Of a stretch of DNA of 64,000 nt, positions 9,925 to 17,618 are shown piece after piece. Position 1 is the stretch's first letter. Each line of letters starts with the position of its first letter. The position numbers and the translations under genes are program-made. Origin of the DNA: an uncultured Solirubrobacterales bacterium (lineage in GTDB: Bacteria; Actinomycetota; Thermoleophilia; Solirubrobacterales; 70-9); NCBI GenBank assembly GCA_963740065.1, contig CAVUCS010000002.1:126858-190857 (forward strand), written 5' to 3'. The notes below the pieces were generated by a model, which was not told the DNA's origin, did not search any database, and saw nothing but the letters and a program-made list of their open reading frames with translations.

Positions 9925-10406
9925 CAGCCCGGAGGGAGGGGGCGGTAGCGGCCTTCGTGGAAGACCAGTGGCGCGCCTTCGCTGGTTGTCAGGGCGGTCA
10001 CCTCGCCGGTGACGATGACGTGATCGCCGCCGGCGATCACGTCGCGCAGGTCGCAGGCGACCCAGGCGAGGGCGTCGTCGATCGCCGGGATGCCGTCGCG
10101 GTCGCCCCACTCGACCCCCGCCCACTTGTCGGCCGGCGGGGCCTTTGTGGCGAAGGCGCGGGCGATGCTCTCCTGTCCTGCATGAAGGACATTGACGGCG
10201 AATCGGTTGGCCGCCTGCACCGCCAGCAGGGTGCGTGAGCCACGGTCCAGACAGGCCAACATCAGCATCGGGTCCAGGGAAAGTGAGCTGACCGCGTTGG
10301 CGGTTGCGCCGGCTGGACCGGCGGGTCCGTTGGCGGTCACCACGGTGACGCCGGTGGGCAGTGAGCCCATCGCCGCGCGGAAGCGATTGGGGTCGGGGGG
10401 ACTCAT
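9924..10406 (-). CDS. flavin reductase family protein (HpaC/NADH:FMN oxidoreductase-like)
   Basis: 160 aa from the ATG at 10406. The sequence FRAAMGSLPTGVTVVTA...NAVSSLSLDPMLMLACL is typical of the flavin reductase domain. Confidence 0.8.
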   Translation of the reverse strand: MSPPDPNRFRAAMGSLPTGVTVVTANGPAGPAGATANAVSSLSLDPMLMLACLDRGSRTLLAVQAANRFAVNVLHAGQESIARAFATKAPPADKWAGVEWGDRDGIPAIDDALAWVACDLRDVIAGGDHVIVTGEVTALTTSEGAPLVFHEGRYRPLPPG

Positions 10407-10436
10407 CGCTGGTCGGGACAATATGATGCGCGCCGC

Positions 10437-10832
10437 GTGCGCCCAGTTTGGATCACAGCTCTGGCGGTTTCCTCCGCTCTCGGGCTCGCTGCCTGTGGCT
10501 TCGGGGAGGAGGGAATCACCGTTTCCTCCAGCGACCCGAACCACAACGGGGCGGTCCTCTTCGCCACCCACTGCTCCGGTTGCCACACGCTGAGCGCCGC
10601 GGGAACGCAGGGAAGCGGCAATCGCGGCGAGCGGGTGCAGGGGCCGAACCTCAATCAGCGAACCGAGACCTATGAGGATGCCCTCTTCGCGATTCAGAAC
10701 GGTGGTTTCTCCGGAGCGATCATGCCCCAGAACATCGTCGTCGGCCGCGAGGCCGAGGAGCTGGCGCGCTTTGTCGCCAAGTACGCGGGGCAAGACGCCG
10801 AGACTTCACCGCGCCCAGGCGACTCTCCCTAG
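10437..10832 (+). CDS. class I c-type cytochrome, lipoprotein
   Basis: Signal peptide with lipobox (LGLAAC) plus a CSGCH haem-binding motif and a distal Met (GAIMPQ). Confidence 0.75.
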   Translation: MRPVWITALAVSSALGLAACGFGEEGITVSSSDPNHNGAVLFATHCSGCHTLSAAGTQGSGNRGERVQGPNLNQRTETYEDALFAIQNGGFSGAIMPQNIVVGREAEELARFVAKYAGQDAETSPRPGDSP

Positions 10833-10844
10833 TCCGGGGGCACC

Positions 10845-12113
10845 ATGCTTGACCTGAAGCTGATCCGCTCCGAACCTGAGCGGGTCAAGGCGGCCCTGGC
10901 GCGGCGTGGAGCCGCCGACCGCGTCGATGAGCTGCTGGCGCTGGACGCGCGCCGGCGCGAGCTGTTGCCGCAGATCGAGAACGCGCAGGCCGAGCGCAAG
11001 TCCCTCTCAAAGAAGGTCGGCGAGGCGAAGCAGGCAGGCGGCGACGCGCCGGAGCTGATCGAAGAGGTCGCGGCCCTGAAGGAGAAGATCGAGTCCGGCA
11101 GAGCCGAGCTGGAAAAAGTGGACGTAGAGCTTGAGCGGGTCGTCGCATCGCTCCCCAACCTGCCTGATCCCGCCGCCCCCGACGGCGAGGCCGAGGAGGA
11201 TGCGGTCGCCCTGCGCGAGGTGGGGGAGCGTCCGGAGTTCGACTTTGAGCCGCGCGACCATCTGGACATTGGGGCCGCTCTGGGTCTGATCGACATGGAG
11301 GCCGGCGCGAGGCTTTCCGGCTCTCGCTTCGCTTACTTGAAGGGCGACCTGGTGATGTTGGAGCTGGCCCTCGTCCGCTTTGCGATGGACCGTCTTTCGG
11401 CCCAAGGTTTCGAGCCGGTGATCCCGCCGGTGCTGGTTCGCGAAGAGGCGCTCTTCGGCACCGGATTCCTGCCAGACACCGAGCAGCAGATCTACTCCAT
11501 CCCTGAAGATGGTCTCTACCTTGCGGGCACCTCAGAGGTGGCGCTTGCCTCCCTGCACGCGGGCGAGATCCTCGAGCCGGGGGCGCTGCCCCGCCGCTAC
11601 GCCGGCTTCTCATCCTGCTTCCGCCGCGAGGCGGGCGCCGCCGGGCGCGACACGCGCGGCATCTTCCGCGTCCACCAGTTCGACAAGGTGGAGATGTTCT
11701 CTTTCGTCGAGCCGGGCGACTCGGCGGCGGAGCACGAGCGCATCCTCGCGATCGAGGAAGCGTTGCTCAGCGAGCTGGAGATTCCCTATCGCGTGGTCGA
11801 CATCCCGATCGGTGACCTTGGCCCCTCCGCCGCGCGCAAGTTTGACTGCGAGGCGTGGATTCCCAGCCAGGGGCGCTATCGCGAGCTGACCTCCTGCTCC
11901 AACACGACCGATTACCAGGCGCGTCGCCTCGGTTGTCGGTATCGGCCGGCTGACGGAGAGCCCCCCCTCGCGGCGCATACGCTGAACGGCACCGCGGTGG
12001 CCGTGGGCCGGACGATGATCGCCCTGATCGAGAATCGCCAGGAACGGGACGGCGGATTCACGCTACCCAATATTTTGCATTCGTACGGTGCTCCTGAGAG
12101 GATCGCGCCGTGA
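10845..12113 (+). CDS. serS: seryl-tRNA synthetase
   Basis: N-terminal coiled-coil (MLDLKLIR...) and class II core (FRREAG...TRGIFRVHQFDKVE, TLNGTAVA). Confidence 0.95.
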   Translation: MLDLKLIRSEPERVKAALARRGAADRVDELLALDARRRELLPQIENAQAERKSLSKKVGEAKQAGGDAPELIEEVAALKEKIESGRAELEKVDVELERVVASLPNLPDPAAPDGEAEEDAVALREVGERPEFDFEPRDHLDIGAALGLIDMEAGARLSGSRFAYLKGDLVMLELALVRFAMDRLSAQGFEPVIPPVLVREEALFGTGFLPDTEQQIYSIPEDGLYLAGTSEVALASLHAGEILEPGALPRRYAGFSSCFRREAGAAGRDTRGIFRVHQFDKVEMFSFVEPGDSAAEHERILAIEEALLSELEIPYRVVDIPIGDLGPSAARKFDCEAWIPSQGRYRELTSCSNTTDYQARRLGCRYRPADGEPPLAAHTLNGTAVAVGRTMIALIENRQERDGGFTLPNILHSYGAPERIAP

Positions 12114-12760
12114 GCACGGGCGTCCGAGAAGCGAGACGGGTGGTCCTTTGCGACGACCATGAAATCGTCCGCGAAGCGATCAAGGGCCGCATGGCCAACT
12201 CAAGCATCGTTGAGATCGTCGGCGAAGCCGGCGACGGTCGCGATGTCGTCGATGTCGTCAAGGAGCTGGAGCCCGACGTCCTGATCATTGACGTCGAGCT
12301 GCCCAAGCGCGATGGGATCGAGGCGACCAAGGAAGTGCTCAAGGTCCGACCGCGAACCAAAGTGATCATCTTCACCGCCCACGCTCAGCCGGACCTGCTG
12401 GCGCTGGCGCTGCGGGCCGGCGCCTCCGGCTACGTATTGAAGTCGGCGCCCGCGGAGGACATCGCCAAGGCGGTGAAAGCGGTTACGGGAGGGGGAACCT
12501 TCCTCGGCGGCGACTTCGCCGGCGGTAAGCCTTCGGAGGTCGAGAAGCTGCTCGATCTCTCGCCGCGTGAGCGTCAGATTCTCGAGTTGCTGGCCGAGGG
12601 CCTACGAGTGAAAGAGATCGCGGAGCGCCTCTCGCTCAGCCCGGCCACGGTTCACACCCACGTCCGCAACGCGATCGCCAAGCTCGAGGTCGACACCCGG
12701 ACCGAGGCGGTCGCGCTGGCGGTGAAGTTCAGTTACTTGGGCGCCGGTGGCTCGGCCTGA
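12110..12760 (+). CDS. NarL/LuxR-family response regulator
   Basis: Receiver domain (VVLCDDHEIV..., DVLIIDVELPKRDG) plus a C-terminal LuxR HTH (LSPRERQILELLAEGLRVKEIAERLSLSPATVHTHV). The start overlaps the serS stop. Confidence 0.85.
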   Translation: MSTGVREARRVVLCDDHEIVREAIKGRMANSSIVEIVGEAGDGRDVVDVVKELEPDVLIIDVELPKRDGIEATKEVLKVRPRTKVIIFTAHAQPDLLALALRAGASGYVLKSAPAEDIAKAVKAVTGGGTFLGGDFAGGKPSEVEKLLDLSPRERQILELLAEGLRVKEIAERLSLSPATVHTHVRNAIAKLEVDTRTEAVALAVKFSYLGAGGSA

Positions 12761-13152
12761 GAGCCGGGCTTTAGCTCCAAGGCGCAGCCGTTGATGCAGT
12801 AGCGCTGCCCGTTTGGTCCCGGCCCGTCGTCGAAGACGTGCCCCAGGTGGGCGTCGCAGCTCTTGCAGACGACCTCGGTGCGGCGCATGAAAAGGCTGTT
12901 GTCGGGGCGCAGCTCGACCTGCTCCAAGTTGGCCGGCTCGGTGAAGCTGGGCCAGCCGGTACCGGAGTCGAACTTCGTGTCCGAGGAGAACAGCTCGGTA
13001 CCGCAGCAGACGCAGCAATACATGCCGTCGGACTTTTCTTCGACATAGGGGCCGCTGAAGGCACGTTCGGTGCCGGCCTTGCGGGTCACCTCGTATTGCT
13101 CAGGCGTGAGCTGGTCGCGCCATTCCTGATCGGATTTCTCGATTCTGGACAT
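12733..13152 (-). CDS. msrB: peptide-methionine (R)-S-oxide reductase
   Basis: SelR domain with two CxxC pairs (CCVCCGTELF, CKSCDAHLGHVFDDGP) and a catalytic Cys (RYCINGCAL). Confidence 0.9.
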   Translation of the reverse strand: MSRIEKSDQEWRDQLTPEQYEVTRKAGTERAFSGPYVEEKSDGMYCCVCCGTELFSSDTKFDSGTGWPSFTEPANLEQVELRPDNSLFMRRTEVVCKSCDAHLGHVFDDGPGPNGQRYCINGCALELKPGSQAEPPAPK

Positions 13153-13243
13153 ATGTCAAGGGTAGGGCAAGCCCTCACTCATACAAGCGTCCAATACGAG
13201 CAGCAGCCGCAAAGGATGCGGTGGATGTGGCGAGAGAAGAAGC

Positions 13244-13915
13244 GTGGAACGCAAAACTCTCACAGCCATCCTTCTCGCCACCACGGCTCTTCTGCTCGCC
13301 GTGTTCGCGCCCACCGCAGGCGCGGTGGATCTGCAGCAGCTGATGGCTCCCCCGTCGGTGTGCCCCAACCAGGACGAGCTCAACGCTCCCGCGCTGGTCC
13401 AGGAAGAGGCGATGAACTGCATGACCAACTTCGCCCGTCGCAGTGTCGGCCGCGGGACTCTCGGCGACACCACCTCGCTCGATCGATCGGCCTCCGCGAA
13501 GTCGGATGACATCCTTCGTTGCAACAGCTTCAGCCACTCCGCGTGCGGCCGGGACTTCACCTTCTGGATGGACCGGACCGGATACCTCTCGGGGCATTGC
13601 TGGCGGGTCGGCGAGAACCTTGCCTGGGGGACCGGCGACCTCGGAACGGTTCGGGCGATCTTCAAGGCTTGGATGCTGTCCCCCGCCCACCGGGAGAACA
13701 TCCTCGGCTCGTTCACCCAGATCGGGATCGGCCTTCAGGTGGGCAATCTCGCCGATCGCTCCAGCACCCACGTTTGGACGCAGCACTTCGGCTCGCACTG
13801 CGGCAGCACTCGCAGCCGCCCGGTCGCGCGGGGTCGCGCGGGGCTCGCGGGTGCCTCCGTCGTCTCCGCCGAGACTCAGCTCGCGGGCGCTTCCGCCGCC
13901 ACGCCGGCCGGCTGA
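13244..13915 (+). CDS. secreted CAP/SCP (YkwD-like) domain protein
   Basis: Signal peptide and CAP-domain sequences (GENLAWG, WMLSPAHRENIL). GTG start. Confidence 0.7.
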   Translation: MERKTLTAILLATTALLLAVFAPTAGAVDLQQLMAPPSVCPNQDELNAPALVQEEAMNCMTNFARRSVGRGTLGDTTSLDRSASAKSDDILRCNSFSHSACGRDFTFWMDRTGYLSGHCWRVGENLAWGTGDLGTVRAIFKAWMLSPAHRENILGSFTQIGIGLQVGNLADRSSTHVWTQHFGSHCGSTRSRPVARGRAGLAGASVVSAETQLAGASAATPAG

Positions 13916-13952
13916 ACCGCTTGGGGGGTCGGCCGCGGCTTAGGATGCCGCC

Positions 13953-14744
13953 GTGTCCGAGTCTTTCTATGTGTTCGATGACGACCGCTGGGCAGCGACC
14001 GAGCTGACCCGCGGTCCATGGGACCCAGGCGCCCAGCATGCCGGCCCCCCCGCTGCGCTGCTCGGTCGCGAGATTGAGCAGCTGCCTGACGCCGGCGAGT
14101 TCCAGGTCGGCCGCGTTACCTTCGAGATTCTCCGCTCGGTGCCGATCGCGCCGCTGCGGGTGAGTGCCAAGATCCTGCGCCCCGGTCGCCGGGTGCAGCT
14201 GATCGAGGCCTCCCTCAGCGACGACTCCGGCGAAGAGCTGATGCGCGCCACCGCCTGGCGGCTTCGCACGGCGGCGGTCGATCTGCCCGCTGAGGTCGCA
14301 GAGCTGCCTCCACCGCCCCCCGGCCCCGAGCATGGCTCGGGCGTCGGCTTCTTTCCCACCGGTCAAGACGTCGGCTACCACACGGCGATGGAGGTCAGCT
14401 TCATCGAGGGCGGCTTTCTCGAGTCCGGCCCGGCGCTCGCCTGGCTGCGGATGCGCCACCCGCTGGTCCCTGGGGAAAAGCCCTCTCCCTTGCAGCGCAC
14501 CCTGATCGCCGCCGACGTCGGCAACGGGATCAGCGCGGTCCTCGACTATCGCCGCTACCTCTTCATCAATGTCGACTTGACCGTTCACCTCGAGCGCATG
14601 CCCCAGGGGGAGTGGATCTGCGTCGACGCGGTCACCCGGCCTCGTGAGAACGGGATCGGCTCCGCCGAGTCAGAGCTCTCCGATGGTCGAGGTCGGCTTG
14701 GCCGTGCCGTGCAGACGCTGCTGGTCAGCGAGCGCGGCGGCTGA
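13953..14744 (+). CDS. thioesterase-superfamily protein (TesB-like double hotdog)
   Basis: The size and the N-terminal pattern (W..TELTRGPW.....HAGPPAALL) resemble acyl-CoA thioesterase-like proteins. This is a family-level call only. Confidence 0.55.
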   Translation: MSESFYVFDDDRWAATELTRGPWDPGAQHAGPPAALLGREIEQLPDAGEFQVGRVTFEILRSVPIAPLRVSAKILRPGRRVQLIEASLSDDSGEELMRATAWRLRTAAVDLPAEVAELPPPPPGPEHGSGVGFFPTGQDVGYHTAMEVSFIEGGFLESGPALAWLRMRHPLVPGEKPSPLQRTLIAADVGNGISAVLDYRRYLFINVDLTVHLERMPQGEWICVDAVTRPRENGIGSAESELSDGRGRLGRAVQTLLVSERGG

Positions 14745-15897
14745 TCGCCAGCGCGATCGTCGCCGCTGAAACCAGCCCGAAGAGCGAGGCAAAGAGGAAG
14801 GCTCCTTCGTAGCCGACCAGCGCCGCAGCGATACCGGCCAGCGGCGCGCCGAGGCCGACGCCCGCGTCGAAGAAGGCAGTGAAGGTGCCGAGCGCCGCCC
14901 CGCGCCGCGTCTCCGGCACGCGGCCGACGACGATCAGCGACAGCGAGGGGTAGAGGAGGGAGAAAGCGGCACCCATCGCGAGTGCTCCCAGCAGCGCGAC
15001 CGGCAGGCTGTGGGCGAGCGCGATCGTCGCCAGTCCCACCGCCTCGACCAGGGCGGCGACGAACGCGACCCGCTTGGGGCCAATCCGATCCGGGAGGTCA
15101 CCGCCGATCAGGCGGGTCAAGACAACCATCGTCGCGAAGGCTCCGAACACCGTCGCCCCGTGACCGACGTCGCGAGCATCCAAGTGGAGGACGACGAAGG
15201 CGGCGACGGTCGCGTAGCCGATCGAGGCGAGGGCGAGGGCGATGCCGGGGCGCACCGCCTCACGCGCAATCAGCGGGTGGTGCTCGTGCTCGGCGATTGG
15301 CGCCGGGCGAAACGGGTCGGGAAGCCGGAAGGCGAGCAACGCCCCAAGCAGGGGCACCGCGCCGGCGAAGAGCCAAACTGCGGTGTAGCTGCCCGCATGA
15401 AGGATCAGCTCGCCGACCAGGGGGCCGACGCTGAGTCCCGACCAGACCGCCAGGCCGTAGAGGCCGATCACGCGTCCGCGCCGTTCGGGCGGGGCGATGT
15501 CGACGATCCAGGCTGAGCCGGCGGTGAACACCGTTCCCTCACCGGCGCCAAGCACCAGGCGAGAGGCGATCAGTCCCCCGACTCCCAGCGGCAGCAGGTA
15601 CATGAAGCCGGCCACCGCGACCAGGATCGATCCGACCAACACCGCGGGCTTGCGACCTCGTCGGTCGGCAAAGCGGCCGGCGAAGGGCCTCAGCAGCAGG
15701 CCGGTGACGGCGTAGGACCCAACCACGACGCCGACCGCGATGTTGCCTGAGTCGAGCGGCCCGTGCACGTAGCGGGGCAACACCGGCAGGACGGCGCCTA
15801 CCGCGAGCAGGCCGCAGAAGGTGACGGCGAAGATGCCGGCGAAGGCGGCGCCGGGCCTGGCGACGACGGGGGGCGCCGCTTCAGCGGTGGCGCTCAC
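14725..15897 (-). CDS. MFS transporter (12 TM)
   Basis: Highly hydrophobic 390-aa product with an MFS loop motif (GRFADRRGRKP). Confidence 0.8.
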   Translation of the reverse strand: MSATAEAAPPVVARPGAAFAGIFAVTFCGLLAVGAVLPVLPRYVHGPLDSGNIAVGVVVGSYAVTGLLLRPFAGRFADRRGRKPAVLVGSILVAVAGFMYLLPLGVGGLIASRLVLGAGEGTVFTAGSAWIVDIAPPERRGRVIGLYGLAVWSGLSVGPLVGELILHAGSYTAVWLFAGAVPLLGALLAFRLPDPFRPAPIAEHEHHPLIAREAVRPGIALALASIGYATVAAFVVLHLDARDVGHGATVFGAFATMVVLTRLIGGDLPDRIGPKRVAFVAALVEAVGLATIALAHSLPVALLGALAMGAAFSLLYPSLSLIVVGRVPETRRGAALGTFTAFFDAGVGLGAPLAGIAAALVGYEGAFLFASLFGLVSAATIALAISRRAR

Positions 15898-16715
15898 CGA
15901 ACCAGCGCGGCGAGATCGTCGATGACGTGATCGGGGGGCGGGTCGGCGGCCTCCGCGTCCGCCCGCGAGGAGGCGCCGCTGAGAACGAGGATCGTCTCCA
16001 GCCCGGCCCTGCGCCCACCCTCGATGTCGGAGGCGATCCGATCGCCGACCATCGCCACCCTCGCGTTCCGCTGCGACTTACCTCTGTCATGCATAGATAA
16101 GTCGCAGCGGAGCGAGTTGAGGGCGAGGTCGAAGAGGTGGCGTTCGGGCTTGCCCCCGATTGCGGCGCGTTTCCCGGAGGCGGTTTCGACGGCCGCCAGG
16201 GTCGCTCCCGTGCCCGGCAACGCACCCCCCGGCATCGGCAGGGTCGGGTCGCGGCTGGTGGCGAACAGGGCCGCGCCGCCCTGCAGGGCGCGGGTCGCGG
16301 TCGCCAGCTCCGCGTAGTCGAATTCGCGGTGGCCGGAGACGAGCACCGCGTCGGCGCCGTGGGCTTCCTCCCCCTCCAGCAACCTCAGCCCGGTCCCCGC
16401 AATGACCTCCTTGAAACCGGGCGCCCCGATCACGAAGGCCGTGCCGTCGTGCCCGGTTGCCTCCGCGGCGAGTCTGGCGGTCGCGGCCCCCGCCGTCACA
16501 ACCCGATCGTCCGCAATCTCAACTCCCGCATCGCGCAGGCGCGCGGCATAGGCGGAGGGCTTCTTCACCGAGTTGTTGGTGACGAACACAATCTCCGTCC
16601 CCTCCGCAAGCAGCTTCCCCAGGGCCTCGACAGCTCCCGGCACCATCTCGGAGCCTTCCCACACCACACCGTCTAGGTCGACCAGAAACCCGTCGAAGTT
16701 GTCCGCGAGCGCCAT
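15894..16715 (-). CDS. HAD-IIA family hydrolase (NagD-like phosphatase) carrying an in-frame hairpin-repeat insertion
   Basis: Carries the FLVDLDGVVW (DxD), VTNNS, GKP and MVGDRIASDIEGG motifs. The GKP-to-GD spacer contains repeat copy A1 (see findings). Confidence 0.8.
   Translation of the reverse strand: MALADNFDGFLVDLDGVVWEGSEMVPGAVEALGKLLAEGTEIVFVTNNSVKKPSAYAARLRDAGVEIADDRVVTAGAATARLAAEATGHDGTAFVIGAPGFKEVIAGTGLRLLEGEEAHGADAVLVSGHREFDYAELATATRALQGGAALFATSRDPTLPMPGGALPGTGATLAAVETASGKRAAIGGKPERHLFDLALNSLRCDLSMHDRGKSQRNARVAMVGDRIASDIEGGRRAGLETILVLSGASSRADAEAADPPPDHVIDDLAALVR
16064..16114. repeat. family A hairpin repeat, copy A1 (inside the HAD-IIA CDS)
   Basis: CCGCTGCGACTTA (16068-16080) pairs with TAAGTCGCAGCGG (16098-16110), plus outer pairs. 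The apex is CCTCTGTCATGCATAGA. Confidence 0.8.
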
Positions 16716-16731
16716 TCGGCGGCTCAGGCTA

Positions 16732-16847
16732 TTGGGCCTATCCCGGTAGGGGTGGAGCGTCTTGTACTTTTTCGTAGCCGGTCATCGCGGACAGCCGCAA
16801 ACGCGGCTCGAAAAAGTTAAGCGGAACCCCTGCCGGGATAGGCCCAA
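16732..16847 (+). repeat. family B structured intergenic element, copy 1 of 3
   Basis: Direct reading: TTGGGCCT-ATCCCGGTAGGGGTGGAGCGTCTTGTACTTTTTCG...CGAAAAAGTTAAGCGGAACCCCTGCCGGGAT-AGGCCCAA. It lies between the divergent HAD-IIA and ABC ATPase genes. Confidence 0.85.
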
Positions 16848-16873
16848 CGCACCGCTCTCGATACGGTGCGCAA

Positions 16874-17614
16874 ATGAGCGAGACACAGACAGCGACGCAG
16901 GTAGTGACCGCGAGCGAGGTGACCCGCCGCTACGGCGAGGGTGCCGCCGCGGTCGACGCGCTGGCGGGAGTCAGCACCAATTTCCAGCGTGGGCGCTTCA
17001 CCGCGATCATGGGCCCGTCGGGCTCGGGCAAGTCGACTCTGATGCACATCCTCGCTGGGCTCGACAAGCCAACCTCCGGCACCGTCACCCTCGATGGCGT
17101 CGAGGTAACCGCGCTCGACGACGGTGAGTTGACCCAGCTGCGCCGCGACAAGCTCGGCTTCGTCTTCCAGTTCTTCAACTTGCTGCCGGTGTTGACCGCG
17201 GAAGAGAACCTGGTGCTGCCGCTCTCGATCGCCGGTCGCAAGCCCGACGACGCCTGGGTGGATCAGCTGATCGGCACGGTCGGGCTCGAGGACCGGCGCA
17301 CCCACCGTCCCTCTGAGCTGTCCGGAGGCCAGCAGCAGCGGGTCGCGGTCGCCCGCGCCCTCGTCTCCAGACCCGCGGTCGTCTTCGCCGACGAGCCGAC
17401 CGGCAACCTTGACTCGAAGGCGAGCGGCGATGTTCTGAACTTGCTGCGGGGGGCGGTCGATGAGTTCGGCCAGACGGTGGTGATGGTCACCCACGATCCG
17501 GTTGCCGCCGCCCACGCCGACCGGCTGATCACCCTCCGCGACGGGCAGCTCGTCCACGACGAGGCGCCCGGCTCCGCGGACGAGGTGATCGAGCTGATGA
17601 AGCAGATCGATTAA
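16874..17614 (+). CDS. ABC transporter ATP-binding protein (MacB/LolD/FtsE-like)
   Basis: Walker A GPSGSGKST, signature LSGGQQQRVAVARAL and Walker B VVFADEPTGNLD. Confidence 0.9.
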   Translation: MSETQTATQVVTASEVTRRYGEGAAAVDALAGVSTNFQRGRFTAIMGPSGSGKSTLMHILAGLDKPTSGTVTLDGVEVTALDDGELTQLRRDKLGFVFQFFNLLPVLTAEENLVLPLSIAGRKPDDAWVDQLIGTVGLEDRRTHRPSELSGGQQQRVAVARALVSRPAVVFADEPTGNLDSKASGDVLNLLRGAVDEFGQTVVMVTHDPVAAAHADRLITLRDGQLVHDEAPGSADEVIELMKQID

Positions 17615-17618
17615 GCAG

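Noticed and set aside
16732-16847. Family B as a TA- or AT-duplicating MITE (Tc1/mariner or Correia-like).
   Set aside because: The bases flanking the conserved core are inverted complements, not direct repeats. A consistent 2-bp direct duplication cannot be drawn for copy 2 (left ...CCCA, right TGGG...). I kept this only as an alternative, insertion into palindrome centres, in the finding.
16762-16850. A short conserved peptide (xFF....RG.P.T.LEKVK(R/W)NP(Y/C)RD) is translatable from all three family B copies.
   Set aside because: The frame starts at TTG with no SD. The central residues vary freely while nucleotide changes are pair-compensated, and downstream reading continues into unrelated sequence of differing length. 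Conservation is better explained by structure or repeat identity than by coding.
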